In this document: positions 1 to 34,527 of the stretch, one piece after another | Layout: each line of letters opens with the position of its first letter | How positions within the stretch are numbered: position 1 is the first letter of the stretch | Assembly (NCBI RefSeq): GCF_009914755.1 | Contig: NC_060941.1 | DNA length: 64,000 nucleotides | Strand: one strand, 5' to 3' | DNA from: the human T2T-CHM13v2.0 reference genome, Homo sapiens | The notes under the pieces: generated by a model | Databases searched by the model: none | Seen by the model: the letters and a program-made list of their open reading frames with translations, nothing else | What the model was told of the DNA's origin: nothing | Made by a program: the position numbers and the translations under genes

Positions 1-1259
1 AGGCTGTCGGACTCTCACAGCCACAGATGGCTGCACGTCTACAGCTCTTTGCTTCCCTACGTGTCCGAGAACTCAACCAGGACTGCCCTGGTCAAATGCC
101 AGATGGCGCCCATCAGATGAGAATCACTGATGTTTACACAAATTCCTCCACACCACTTAGGAACCTGGAGTGTAAGAAGGCTTTATTTAAAGCACAGATT
201 TCTTTCCAAGTTTGTGAACCAAAAACCAAAGGACTGTAAAGAGCAAACGGAGTAATTCTCACCTTGTTTGTTAAAATGTTCTGTTCCATGTAAGTTACTT
301 TTATTTATGATTTCTGCAAACCAAAGCCACTGAAAATGTGAACCAAAGAGCTCATTTTTGTTGTTTTCAGGAGACAAGCCAGAAATTAAAATCACAAGAC
401 GAGGCTCGGAAACAAATTCAGCAGTGCCCAAATAAGACTAAACATTTACATTGCAAAGTTCTGCCTATATCTGTTATCACCCCTAACTTAAAACAAGCTA
501 GCCCTGAAATAGCTGCGAGTGACGGATGCGTTCATGCAGCTTCCTTTGACGAAAGGTAACCCCGGAGGATGAGAGCATTTCAAGCAACACCTCCAAGTGG
601 CAAAAGACAAGGAAACGTTTAAGCAAAAGTTTCTGCTGCTTTTGCTGAATGAAAGGTAAAGAAATTCAATATTTTTGGAAATGGGGCACATTAAAAGGAA
701 CAACTTGTCCAAGTTTAACAAAGGACTACTTTTCCCAAATAGCCAGGACTTCCAGTTGCCAAGTTCGAGGTTATTGACTTCATTCTAATTCCCCATATCT
801 TACTATTACTTCTCATTTTAGTCACTTCATAACTCTCATCTATATCGTAAGTCTTCATTCAGGAGAAAACATCCTTTTGCGTGACATCTGGATGTTCCCT
901 CAGCTGACTTTTTGAGACACCTTCTGTGCCAAATGCCCTTCAGGCTGCGAGGATTCATCTGTGTGATTTTTTTCTCTTCCTGGTTCGCTTACTCTCTTTA
1001 GGGCCTCACTGGTGTCTGTATTTTCAGCAGCACAGGTGTGCAGAACACAGAGAGTTCTCTTCAACCTGGGGTTCTTCTCTCAGTCCAGTTTCTTCGTCAT
1101 ACTGAGGGGGACCAAGCTGGCTAATGAGGCCATGGTCACTGCCATTATTTGAAATTCCTTATGAATCAGCCTTCCAGGCTCCACAGCAAAACAAGTGGCT
1201 CCCAAATCTGCTTTTAAATGTTTGTCACTGTTTAAAGATAATTTAGTATGGACAAGTAT

Positions 1260-1470
1260 GCAGCATACTGCGAATGAGAAAATCTGGGTCTGTGATTAAC
1301 TCGCTTCGTGTGATTTTGGGCACGTCACAGAACTGATGCGGGCCATCTCTTCATCTGTAAAATGGGGAGAACAGCATCTACGTGGCCTAATTCACACATC
1401 TTTGTAAACACGTGAATCGAGTAAATCAAGTAAAGTAATATATGCAACAATATTTTGCAAGGTAAACATT
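1260..1470. mobile_element. MIR SINE fragment
   Basis: Core 'tcttcatctgtaaaatgggga' with upstream 'gtgtgattttgggc'. Confidence 0.65.
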
Positions 1471-1962
1471 TATAGTGTAATAAAACATTAGCATTACAGA
1501 TCAAGACAAATGACTCAAAATGTTATGTTCTGCAAAAGCAACTGAAAATGTGTCTTTGCTTACAGTGAATGAATCAAGAACAGATCAGCCTTAAAACAGT
1601 ACATCCTTAATTACAGAGATCTGGAAAATTCCAGGGCTGACAAACGGTCCTAGAACCTGCCCACAAGACACTAGTTACCAGAAATCTCTAAAGACTAGAA
1701 TCTCTAAGTCTTCAATGAAAAAAAAGTTTAAATTTCTGACTTATTAGAAGTAGCACTTTGCCTAGCTGATAATTCTACGGTTATCACGGAAGTAGGAGAG
1801 GGCTGTCTGTCGCGACCGTTCCCTTGTGACTAGGAACAAGAAAAGCTCAAGTACAACAAGGAGACAGGAGTTAAGAATTCGGTCTGAGATGGGGTAAAGA
1901 CCCCTCAAATATACCTTTTCTCCTGCTTTAAAGACAGAATTTGAATCATCAAACTTACTTGG

Positions 1963-2260
1963 GGCCAGGTGCAGTGGCTCACGCCTGTAATCACAACACT
2001 TTGGGAGGCAGAGGCGGGCGGATCACCTCAGGTTGGGTGTTCGAGACCAGCCTGGCCAACCTGGTGAAAACCCGTCTCTACCGAAAATACAAAAATTAGC
2101 CGGGTGTGGTGGCAGGCACCTGTAATCTCAGCTACTCAGGAGGCTGAGGCAGGAGAATCACTTGAACCCAGGAGGCGGAGGTTGCAGTGAGCTGAGATCA
2201 CACCTCCATCCTGGGCGACAGGGCGAGACTCCCATCTCAAAAAAAAAAAAAAAAAAAAAA
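1963..2260 (+). mobile_element. Alu (AluS-like) with target-site duplication
   Basis: Dimeric Alu with poly(A); TSD aaacttacttgg at 1951-1962 and 2259-2270. Confidence 0.95.
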
Positions 2261-3534
2261 ACTTACTTGGTAGTAAGTATATCTCCAGAAGAAATGCCCC
2301 CCTCCAAATTGGGGGTCATTATGAAAGTGGCACTAATACATTTTTGCCTAACATCCATATTCCAGGTATCACATACAATACCTAGAAACGAACACAGCAT
2401 CTGTTCAGAGTCTACGATGCAATACAGAAACAGAAATTAGAAACCCCGGCATGGGATCCAATAATATACGGAGGACGACAAGTTTCTGATGTATTTTAGA
2501 GCTTTAATCTAGATGACTACAAAACGCCAAGCCAAAACAGATGTATTATCTTTGGTTTTGCAAAACTAATCTCCTTCCAGAGGAGACCCTGGAGTCCAAA
2601 TTGGAGCAAAGGAAATTTTATAGTTACAGACTCTTGAAAATGGAGACTTACACATGGAAATGGTGACGGCACAACCACAACGCTGAATCTGTGCTCTTCT
2701 AAATACTGTTTCCGTGGATGAAAGAGGGAAGAGGAAAAAGGAGGCCAAGTTCTTCCATGAAGACAGAAAGCCAAATTCCCATCCATTGTACAAACATATC
2801 TCAGTGACTTCTTGTATCAAGGACCTGAAATCCAGAAGGCTTTGCTCTGTTGGCAGTAATTCCGCAATTTTTCTAATGCACAGCCTCAAACTGAGGATGG
2901 AATTTTCCTTACACGATTTCTAACTACTAGCAATCAAAAGCAAGAGTGACCTGGGTACTAGCCAGAGCAGTTACAGTGGTGATGAATGGCATTTTCCTCT
3001 TGAGACGTAGAGTCTAGTTTAAACTTGTGACTGCCTCTAACATGGAAATAAGCAGATGGTGAGTTACGCTTGACCTTCTTTCTTGGCTCCTGAAGACTGC
3101 CAGTTTATATGGAGATGGCTCAGAAGAACCTGCCAATTTATATGGAGATGGCTCAGAAGAACAATAAACTTCAGTGTTCTTTCTTGGCGCAGTATTTTCC
3201 TAAAACTATTTTCAATAATCATGTTGCAGAAAAGCGGGACTTGGCGTTTCTAAGGTCAGGAAGGAAACAGTCCAACTGCTGGACTAGTTAACTAAATAAA
3301 AGAAAAAATCAGGGTGGTTTTTTTTTTTTGTGGGAGAGAACATCTCCATGAGTAGGCACTACATACAAAAGCTTAAGATTCTTGCTAATCAGAAACATGT
3401 TGTCTATATTAATTAAATGAAGACAAAACAGAACGCTTGTGTTAATGCACCTGAGTCTATGGAAAGAATGAATCTATGAAAGTTCAGAACAATATGGAAA
3501 AATGTTTCTAAAGAGATTAAATATTGCAATGATT

Positions 3535-4260
3535 AAAAATTACCATGTGACCCAGCAATTCCACTCCTAGGTACACAGCATAAGGGACGGAAGCAGAAAC
3601 TCAAACAGGTATTTGTATGCCAATATTCATAGCATCACTGTTCACAAAAGCCAAATGGTGGAAACAATCCAAGTGTCCATGGACAGATGAATGGATACAC
3701 ACAATGTGGTAGAACTACACCACGGAATATTATTCACCCGTAAAAGAGAAGAAAGTGCTGATACATGCTACAACATGGATGAATCCTGAAGACCACAGAA
3801 GTGAAATACACCAGATACAAAGGGTCAAATATTGTAGAATTCCACTTATATTAATATAAAGTTCCCAGAATAGGCAAATTCATAGAGACAGAAAGTAAAA
3901 TAGAGGTTACAAGAAGTTGAGGAAAGTGGGCAGGGGAAGGAAGGACTTAATGGTTTTAATGTTTACAGAGTTTCTATTTGGGGTGATGAATAAATTTCAG
4001 AAATAGTGGTAGTGGTGGTTGTACATTATGAATGTAATTAATACCACTAATTATACACTTAAAAATGTTAAAATAATAAATTCTATATTATATACATATT
4101 TTACAAGGTTTAAAAAATAATGTAATATCAAAAACCACTGAACAGTATACTTTAAATAGATGAATTATATGTGAATTATAGCTCACTAATGCTGTTAAAA
4201 TATAGCCATATAAAAAATTGAAAAAGGTTATATTTACTAAAATGAAATTTAATAAAATTT
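3535..4260 (+). mobile_element. Old L1 (L1M) 3' end
   Basis: 'ttaccatgtgacccagcaattccactcctagg', 'ggaaacaatccaagtgtcc', 'ggcaaattcatagagacagaaagta'. Confidence 0.85.
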
Positions 4261-4309
4261 TTAAAAGCATCATCAATTACACCAAGCTACTTGCCAAGAA
4301 AAAAAACCA

Positions 4310-6841
<2,532 letters not shown>

Positions 6842-7346
6842 CTAATTTCATTTTTTAACATGAATCAAAATCCCAGATAAAAATACTAGGATTCAACAAT
6901 ATATTTAAAAGACAATACACGATGACCCAGCAAGCATTTATGAAAGGTTAAATATTTTAAAAAGAAGGAAAAAAAAACTTAAACAAATCAACAACATGAA
7001 AAAACCCCTATGACTATATTCAGTACATGCTGAGAGGGCATATGATAAAATCCAACGTCTATTTTCTGGCAAAAGTGCTTAGTGACCAAGATTGTGAAGA
7101 TCTCTCCTTAACAGTCAAAAGAATCGGGAAACAAGACAACATTACACTTGGTGTCAGCTCCGGGAGAGAAGTGTCTTTTGCTTTTTTCATTGTGTAATTC
7201 TCAATGCTTAAAATAGTGCCAACCACACAGAAGGCACTCACTAAATATGTACTGAGTGAGCAAATGAACAGATACACTATGTAAAGTGCCTGTCATTAAA
7301 ATCAAGAACAAACTGCCTGCCATTCCCACTCTTAGCTGATCCTAAA

Positions 7347-8770
<1,424 letters not shown>

Positions 8771-8799
8771 TGCCGAGGATGCAGAAAGCAGAAAGAGTG

Positions 8800-11175
8800 C
8801 TGCTCTTACACTAACAAGGAGGAAAACGGAAACTGAAAACCACAACTTTTCTTGAACCTAGCAGAGAGCTAAAGGTAACCAAGCATCCTGAAATCCAAGA
8901 AGGAAGGTGCTCCCCCAGGAAAGACAGGACAGGAGAACCGTCTCCATGTAGAAGGGCATGTAAGGAAGACGGGGGTGCCACACAAGCAGGCGAGAGGGCT
9001 GAAGGAAAGTTTTTAACAAGTTACTAAAGGCCAAGTGTGGGCTGGCGCAATGGTAGGGAGGCCTGGAAAGTGTAAGCACAGGTGGGTTTGCACCCACTCT
9101 CAGGCTCTTTTCCAAGACCTTCACTGGGTGTTCATGAGGAAAAAATGGGGGCACTCTCTCCTCTTCTACACAAAATGCCTGGCATTCAATAAAAAATTTT
9201 AAGACATATATACGCCAAAAAAGAAAAAAAAGAAGAAAGGGAAGAAAGGAAAAGCACCCATTGTTAAGAGACAAAGCAACCAACAGAACCTGTCTCAAAG
9301 AGGAGCCATTTGGTATAAATATTAGATAGGCTACAGAGGAGGGGATTTTAAAATAACAATGAATAATATGCTAAAGAATCTGGTAGAAAAGGTGTTTTAC
9401 CTGCACGAACAGATGAAGAATTGCAGCAGAGAGCAGGAAATTATAAGAGTCAAATGGAAATGCTAGAAAAAAGGACATGGTGTCAGAGCTGAAGAATTCC
9501 TTCAACAGCCTCATCACACTCGACACAGCAAAAAAAGGATTGGTGAACTTTAAGGTGGGTCAATAGAAAGTACCCAAACTGAAACACAAAGAGGAAAAAA
9601 GAAAAGAAAATCCAACACCTGCAGGACAGTATTAAATGTTCTAAAACACATGTAAGTAGAATTCTAGGAGGAAGAGAGAACACAACAGAAACATTTGAAG
9701 AGATAATGGCTGAGAATTTTTTTTTAAGTGAAAGGCATTAAACCACTGATCCAAGAAGTGCTGAGATCCCAAGAGGAATAAGGGTTGACTTCTCAGAAAC
9801 AATGCAAGCTAGAAGACAAAGACTGACATTTTTAAAGTACTAAAAAAAAATAAAACAACAAAACTGCCAACCTAGAGTCCTAAACCAAGCAAAAATATTT
9901 TTAAAAAATAAAAGCAAAATTAAAACTTTTCAAGCAAAGAAAAGCTGAGAGCATTTCTTGCCAGCAGACCGTGTTATAAGAAACACTAAAGGAAGTTCAT
10001 GAGGCAGAACAAATATGGTACAGAAAAAACTCAGATCTAAGGAGATAAAAATGAGATCTATGTGAGGTGACAAATGCCTTCATTTGCTTCTCTGCAGGCT
10101 ATTTTACTGTCTTTATGTATCCTATAACATGTTATACACCTTACATATACACAATACAATTTACTTCTTCAAACATAAAATAAAATAGCTGGGTGTGGTG
10201 GCACACGCCAATAGCCTCCGGCTACTCAGGAGGCTGAGGCAGGAAGATCACTTGAGCCAAGGAGTTTGAGGCCAGCTCAGGCAACATAGCAAGACCCCAT
10301 CTCTAAAAATATAAAATAAATGTAGAAACTTGAAAACTGACAAACAATAAAAATATTTTTAAAATTTATTTTTAATTACTCTAATTAGCAAAAATAGCAA
10401 CAGTGATGGTGTTCATAATACGTAAAAACAAGATGTGGGGCAGAGTGGAATGCAGAGAGGATGTGAGGAAGAGGTCAGAAGCCTGCTATGAAAAGACTCT
10501 CACATTACATGTGAAGTGATACAATGTCATCACTGTGACATCAGTGACAATATGACTGTGATAAAGATGCATATTGTGGACCCAGGACAAGGAAGTACAA
10601 GAACAAACAGAAAACAAGCAAGATGCTAGATTTAAATCCAACTATATCATGGGAACAAAGCAAACTATTCACTTTCACCAGTTTTATTCCATATCACACT
10701 GTAGGTCCTAGCCAGAGTAATAAGGCAAAAAATATTTTATTCATAGGTGAGATGATTATCTACTTTTTAAAAATCCCAAAAGCCTACAAAAAAAAAATTC
10801 CTGAAACTAATAAGTGAGTTCAGCAAAGCTGCACAATATAAGGTCAATAAATAAAAATCAATTACATTTCCACAACTAGCAAGAGACAACTGGAAATTTA
10901 AATTTTAAGAGATACCATTTATAATCATACCAAAAACCACAAAATATTTAGTATAAATCCAGCAAACTATGAGCAAGATCTATATACTAAAAACTAAAAC
11001 ACACTGTTGAGAGAAACTAAAGACCTAAATATATGAAGAAATATTCCATGTTCATAGATTGGAAGATTTAATATTGTAAAGATGTCAATTCTCCTTCAAT
11101 TGATCTATAGACTCAACGCAATCCCAATCAAAGTCCCAGAGATTTCCTTTTTTTCTTTTCTTAAATCAACAAGTT
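8800..11175 (+). mobile_element. Degenerate old L1 fragments (ORF1/ORF2 remnants) with an Alu monomer at ~10187-10320
   Basis: A-rich plus strand; 'ttccatgttcatagattggaagatttaatattgtaaagatgtcaattctcc...caacgcaatcccaatcaaa' is L1 ORF2 sequence. Confidence 0.8.
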
Positions 11176-14266
<3,091 letters not shown>

Positions 14267-14611
14267 CTAACCCTGAGGTACGTATTATTATCTCCATGTC
14301 ACAGATGAAAAGTTAAATATCTTGTCCAAGGTCACACAGATAACAGCAGAGACAAAATTTAAATTCAAAGCTCAAGTTTTTTTCACTTTACCAAGATGCC
14401 ATCCAATGTTACATCACTGAAGATATCTAACTACACCAATCCTTAGAGAATTGAAATAAAATGCCCAGTCCTTCACTGTACATAGAGGAGAGAAGATAGC
14501 TATTTGGATTCCTTATAGCTTTTCTAAAAATGAGGGATTTTAGAGGATACGTGGCAAAGTGTTCCAAATATGCCGCAGACATGTCTCCCTGCCAAAAAAG
14601 CGCTATCAAGG

Positions 14612-14958
14612 TGATATGATTTGGCTGTGTCCCCACCCAAATCCCTACATGTCATAGGAGGGACCTGGTGGGAAGTCACTGAACCACGGGGTGGTTTCTC
14701 CCATTCTATTCACGTGATAGTAAGTTCTCACAAGATCTGATGGTTTTGTAAGAGGCTTCCCCCTTCGCTCAGCTCTCATTCTTCCTCTCTCCTGCCACCT
14801 TGTGAAGAAGGATGGGTTTGCTTCCCTTTCCACCATGATTGTAAGTTTCCTGAGGCATCCCCAGCCCTGCAGAAATGTGAGTCAATTAAACCTCTTTCCT
14901 TTATAAATTACCCCGTCTAAGGTATTTCTTCATAGCAGTGTGAGAACGGACTAATACA
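14612..14958 (+). mobile_element. THE1 (THE1D-like) MaLR solo LTR
   Basis: Starts TGATATGATTTGGCTGTGTCCCCACCCAAATC and ends GGACTAATACA; perfect 5-bp TSD caagg at 14607-14611 and 14959-14963. Confidence 0.93.
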
Positions 14959-15779
14959 CAAGGCTTGTGTGCAATAAACAGGATGAAGAATGGTAGTGAG
15001 GCCAAACCCAGTTGCACTACATTGTTAAACAGTTAACGGACATTTTATGAGTCCCCGCCTCAACTACAACCAGTAGCACTCTAGAAGCAGGCAAAATGAA
15101 CAGTCGCCCGCCCCGCCTCAACTACAACCAGTAGCACTCTAGAAGCAGGCAAAATGAACAGTCACCGGATTCAACTTGACAAAGGCAAGCCAACCTTGAC
15201 CTCTGCACTAGACGTAAGAAATCCTGGTTGGGAAATGACTGTGAGCCCGAATCAAAACTCTGCCCCTACAAAAGGCTGATCTAACAACCCGACTCCAGGG
15301 CTGCCCCACAGATCACGGTGTTCAGGGCACTCCCAGGTCATGTCCAAACCTCAGCAATTCCTGAAGTTTAGTGTTATTTGCAGACATGCTGAAAAGTACA
15401 ACGCAAAAAATAATAACAGAAAAGAAACAAAAAATGTCCAGCCAATCTTGGCCACTAATGGGAAACTTCGAGGCCATACTCTAAAAGCTCAGTCGCTTTA
15501 GCTGTGGTATGTTTTAGTAGGAAGAAGCAAGTAGCAATTGCCATTTTTTTCCAAACTATTTGTGGTCCCTTTAATACTAATACCAATTACTTTCTTCAAT
15601 TTTTATCAATCAATGGGCTTCATTTTCCTCCCAAGAGAGGATGAGAGAAAGGATCAATTTAAAGTGAGGGAGGATAAGAATATAAAGTCTCCTTCTAGTG
15701 AGCTGACAATGACAAATTCAAAATCCCACATAATGAAGATCAATGCCATGCTGGGAAGTCAGTCTTGGAGAGCAGTTAT

Positions 15780-16243
<464 letters not shown>

Positions 16244-16539
16244 TATTTTCGTTCTAATGCTTGAATTGCATAATATGCTAATTTTGAGGAAGAAAAGCAA
16301 GGAACACTTTCTCCTTGGAAGGCAATGTACTTTGCTGCTTTAGTTCATAATCTTTATGATATCTCTATGTAAAAGTGAAGAAGGCAAGTATTAACAGCCT
16401 CCTTTTTTGGTGAAAATCAAGACATGGGAAGATGAAGAAACAGCCCCGGACGACACACACAGACAGGTAGAAATCCTGTTTTTTGGGTCTGGCACTTTGC
16501 GCTGAAGTGAGGAGGAAGAACAGGAAGCCTCTGACGGCA

Positions 16540-17880
16540 CGTCACACGGCTCTGAATCCACTCCATTCTGCCTTTTCATCTACAACTTGAATGAAGACAC
16601 AGAAGGCATGTCTGGCAAATCTGCTAATGATAAAGTGGGGAGGTCATCAAGGCTCCCAAAGATCTTGATGGGATAAACAATCGAGCAGAACTAGTGGGAT
16701 GAAACGAAAGCTGAGACACACACGGTCTGACAATTTCAAAGACTCTCTTGCACAAACAGAGGTGGAGAAAGTTTAAATGAAAGTCATATGAAGAAAGACC
16801 TGGGACAGTACTGGCCCACAGATGTGTTTCGTTTGCCCTTTGCAGTGTTTGTGAAAAACACTAAGCCAACAGTTAAAAATTGTGAGAGTTACATGAAAAT
16901 CCGGATTTCCGGCTGCTCTTGAAAAACTGATAGATCTGGCAATTCCAGGTCTGCGTTCAGACGTGACAACAGCTGATTAGAATTCACTTGTGACTATCCC
17001 CTTAGGACCTGGTGGATGCATGTGGACACACACCAGCCTGCTTACGCCGCTTAGGTTACTTTCCCAGCTCTGCGGACATCTGTTTGCGACTCTTGACCTG
17101 GGGGTTTCAGGTGACTGCCAACTCAGTAGAAGCCAACCATGTAATACGGCTGCCAAAAATCTCAGCAAATCCAAGGTAATGGAAGAATAGTGTCTAAAAT
17201 AAAAAATCTCAGCAAATCCAAGGTAATGGAAGAACAATGTCTACAATCAAAAATCTCAGCAAATCCAAGGTAATGGAAGAACAGTGTCTAAAATCGGTGG
17301 CCCTTAAGTTTTGAAGAGTCACAGACTCCTTAGAAAATCTAGAAAAATCAATAAGTTTTCCTCCCATAAATATGTCTAGACATACAAAAATTTACAGTTA
17401 ATTTCAGGGACTTGACAGACACTCTGGACCCCCAGTCCCTAAGTTAATGAGCTCGGCCCAGAACAAAGAGGTCAACTGTCTCAGTGTATATGTTGACACA
17501 GCATGTCCACTCCTGGGAACCACATTTTAAGAGGGATGCTGACAAACAGCTATCAAGAGCAAGGATGATAAAGGGTCTGGAAATTGCATTATAAAGATGA
17601 AGAAACTAAGAATGGTTAGCCTAGAAAAGGGAACACTTAGGAACATAATATCCATTTTCAATTTCAGAAGCTGTAGTAAGGAAAAGGGATTAGGCTTACA
17701 CCCATCCAGCTGGCAGAACTAAGATCAACAAGAAGTTACAATGAAGTCTATTTCACTGTTTCAGTTCAGTCTAAGAAAGGAGTTTCTCACAACTAAAGCT
17801 ATAAAACTGAACTAGTCTGTCCTGTGGACCAACAAAGTAGCAAGCTCCCCATCACTGAAAGTAGCCAAGCTTCTGCAAGA
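16540..17880 (+). mobile_element. Ancient CR1/L3 LINE remnant, interrupted by hAT MITE-like fragments (~16790-16980, ~17296-17460)
   Basis: 'caaatctgctaatga', 'caaagatcttgatggg', 'cacattttaagagggatgctgacaaac' and 'gcctagaaaaggg' resemble L3 ORF2; highly diverged. Confidence 0.55.
17154..17295. repeat. 3 x 47-bp tandem repeat
   Basis: ctcagcaaatccaaggtaatggaagaa starts at 17161, 17208 and 17255. Confidence 0.95.
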
Positions 17881-17981
17881 TAATGAAACGTCAGAGATGT
17901 AATACAAAGGACTCCTGAACTGGGTGGAAGATTGTACTACAATTACCTAATCCTTCTTCCAAAGCGAAGGAGTGAGCAATA

Positions 17982-18472
17982 CAGCACCCCCTCCTTATCA
18001 GCAGTTCACTTTCTGAGGTTTTAGCCACCTGTAGTTGACTGTGGTCCAAAAATATTACATGGAAAATTCCAGAAACAGACAATTAGTAAATTTTAAATTA
18101 TGCGCCATTCTGAGTAGTGTGATAAAATCTTGCACCACCCAATTCTGTCCTGACCAGGTCACGAATCATTCCTTCACCCAGTATATCCATGCTGAATACA
18201 GCACCTATTAGTCACTTAGCAGCCATCTCGGCTATTACATACAGCTCCAAATCACAAGAGGAGTGATGCTGGCATACTGTCATAATTGTGCTATTTTATT
18301 TTTAGTTATTGTGGTGAATCTCTTACTGTGCCTAATTTGCATGCTAAAGTTTATCACAGGTATGTATACATAGGAAAAAATACGGCATATATAGGGTTTG
18401 CTACTCTCTGGGTTTCAGGCATCCACTGGGGGTCTTGGAATGTATCCCCCACAGGTAAGTGGGGACGACTTG
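17982..18472 (+). mobile_element. MER44 (Tigger7-derived MITE)
   Basis: TA-flanked; termini 'cagcaccccctccttatc' and 'gtaagtggggacgacttg'; internal 'ggcatccactgggggtcttggaatgtatcccc'. Confidence 0.85.
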
Positions 18473-19190
18473 TAATAATTCTCTTCTCCTCCCAAACCTT
18501 ACTCTTGTTCTGATCAAAGAAATGGCTACATTGCAGCCAGGCTCCATTGAAGAGACAGAAACTCGGTGGCTGATCCTCTCCTGTGAGTCTGAGAGCTTAC
18601 TGACGACCGGTCAACGTTGGCCACTCTTGAAACTTCCCACTGCCGGCTTTTTCTTCCTCTAACCCGCCCCTCTATTCACCTCTCTTTCACCTACGTTCAA
18701 GCCATCCATTTTAATTCTTGGGAAGCTGCAAAAATTTCATAGCATACCACATCATGTACTTGTTGAATTGACTCATCCACAAAGTTTTAAACGTGGGCAT
18801 TTAATTAAAGCTTTTGACTGATGATTTCAACAGATAAAAATGGGGAGGATTCCGTGCCATATAAACTTTATAAGAGCATCATCGTCTGGTTAGAAGAGGT
18901 CACAGACTAGACCAGTTCAAGCTGGCCCACATAGAAGGTGGTCAAAAAACAAAGACTCTGCAAACGTTTAGCAGAATGTTAACCAAGCGGCTGGTATTTC
19001 AGAAACTTCAAGAAGCTCAAGAAATGACCTAATTATGCCTTCAATATTTAAATCATTCCTTACCCCCAAATAATTTTTGAGTCAAAAACATTGCTTTTCA
19101 AAAGCAACTTTTCTGCTAAAAATGTCATTTAAGACACCATGAATGTGAAGTCAACACTTTCCCCTTATTTACAGATATAGAAGCACACCT

Positions 19191-23438
<4,248 letters not shown>

Positions 23439-23700
23439 AACTTGTAAAATTTTTTAATGAATCTTGAGTCACCTGCCTGCTGGCAAAGCGAGGTACGAGG
23501 AAATGGTAACTATGTCAGGTTACTATCTTTTACAGCCACAAAATATCAAAACCCCAACAACTCAGCTGACGAATGCAGCAACCTCATTTAGCCACAGCCC
23601 ACAAAATAAAAGAGGGCACAAGAGATGCCCGACACGAAGGAGAAAGACAAGGAAGCCCCAGTGTTCTCATCTGGCCTCGGGTGAGCGGTGCCACAGTTCA

Positions 23701-23985
<285 letters not shown>

Positions 23986-24621
23986 TCAAATAATCTTTAT
24001 TCTAGGTTGACCAAAAGAAAAAAAGTAAAAAGTAATTTATTCATCAACTTCTGCAGACTGCACCTAATTGTCCAGAAAACCAAACATGTGTGAGTGGCAT
24101 CAGGCAGGAGGAGGGCAGCGACAGCCGTGCGGGAAGTCAAGCCCAGTGCAGGCTGATGCATCGCCTTGTTGTTAAAAATGCCTATTTTCACTTAATAGTC
24201 AGAGCTATCTGAAAGGACTAATAAAATCTGCAGGATTTTTCATGGAGTAAATCAGGAATGACAAAGTTCCGGAGCCTTTACGTGAACATGCCAGATAACT
24301 CAAATTACCTCACACACAATCCCTTTCTCGGTCCCCTTATGAGGCGGAAAGAGCCAGAGTGATAGATGGAATCAGTGCTTCCGGGCCCTGATCATGCAAT
24401 CCATGCCTGAGGCAGATCTACGGCTTCCAGCTCCTCTGCCCCCACGGTTCACAATGTTTAATCATGGGCCACCACCCAACCCACCAGCAGATCTGACATG
24501 GTTAGCTGTTATGTGACCAAGGGATACACATATAAGCCCATCTTCATGTCTAAGCCTTGGGAACACAAAAACAGGTAAATCCACAAAAACAGGGAAATAA
24601 AGCCATTAAAAAGCTAGTCGA

Positions 24622-25706
<1,085 letters not shown>

Positions 25707-25802
25707 TCAGTGCTCTCACAGAAAAATGTGATCCAGAATGTGATTAACTAAATTAACAATATACTTTTCATTAATTATGAACAATCACACAGCTTTACTC
25801 AC

Positions 25803-25852
25803 CTTATTTTCAGCCTAATTTTGTTCACGACTTCGTCTATGTTCGCCAGAGA
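25803..25852 (-). CDS. VPS53: VPS53 coding exon 3 (SLANIDEVVNKIRLKI-R)
   Basis: Acceptor cttccttctttattgtag|TCT and donor AAG|GTGAGT; 50 nt, phase 0-2. Confidence 0.97.
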
Positions 25853-26004
25853 CTACAATAAAGAAGGAAGAGTGCCCAGCTGTTAGTCCACTTCCTGGAA
25901 TTCCTCTTTCACAGGAAAATGATGTGCTATAATAGCTACTTATGAAATCTCAAAAAATTTAATCACATGATATGAGTTTTGCTTTAAAAAAAAAAAAAGT
26001 AAAG

Positions 26005-26220
26005 CAGTAGTTGGAAGCTACAGCCACATCTAGCCCAGCCCCTGTTTTTTGTAAATAAAGTTTCACTGGAACACAGCCATGCCCGTTCACTTACATATTG
26101 CCTGCGGCTGCTCTTAAGCTAACATGGCAGGTAGGCAGTCGTGAAAGACGCTGTACAGCCACAAAGCCTGAAGTATTTACTATCTGGACCTTTACAGGAG
26201 AGTCTGCTGACCCATGGTGT
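26005..26220. mobile_element. MER58A (hAT-Charlie MITE), followed by an old L1 3' fragment to ~26580
   Basis: 'tgttttttgtaaataaagtttcactggaacacagccatgccc...aaagcctgaagtatttactatctggacctttacag'. Confidence 0.85.
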
Positions 26221-26674
26221 ACGTGATTGTGACAAATTCACGTAACGAAATACAGCAACAAAAATGAATGAATGCACAACACCGTGGATAAACATTTTAC
26301 TAACGGAATGGGGCACAGAAAAAGCCAGACACAAGGGGACAGAGGATATGATTTCACTAACATAATTCTCCTGTTAGAAGCTAGGACAGTGGTTATCTCT
26401 GGGGGAAGGTAGTGACAGTGAACAGGCAAGGAAAGGCCTTCTGAAGATTTTTTTAAATGTTTTATTTCTTGATCTGGGTGGCAGTTACATGGCTATGTTC
26501 ATTTTGTGAAACTTCATCAAGTTGTACCCTTAAGATTTGTGTACTCCTCTGTATTATGTTATACTTCAATAAATACACAAATTTATTTTTTATTATATAG
26601 ATCCACTAGAAAAAAGTCTGGAAGGATAGATAGGAGTAATTGTAATGTATTAGTAGTTGCAGCATTAGTAGCTA

Positions 26675-34345
<7,671 letters not shown>

Positions 34346-34527
34346 AAAGCATTTCACTGAAAGGCATGTGGTCTCCAAAAAAACTGGCAACGATAAGCCT
34401 AGAGGACAGAGATCCTCCAGGATCCTTGCTCTCCCTCCTCAGCCTCATCTCCTGTGAGTCTCTGCTCACTGTGCACATCTTATGTCTCCTGTTTCTGTGC
34501 CTTGGTCCTGTGTTTAGAAGGGCCTTC

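Noticed and set aside
95-111. CTCF-like 'gccagatggcgccc' (also 'tcagatggcgcc' at ~63195)
   Set aside because: Lacks the conserved 5' CC of the CTCF core; partial match only.
255-270. Minus-strand donor AAG|GTGAGA in intron 4 as a further VPS53 exon
   Set aside because: The upstream reading does not continue the VPS53 protein as I recognise it and no matching acceptor was established.
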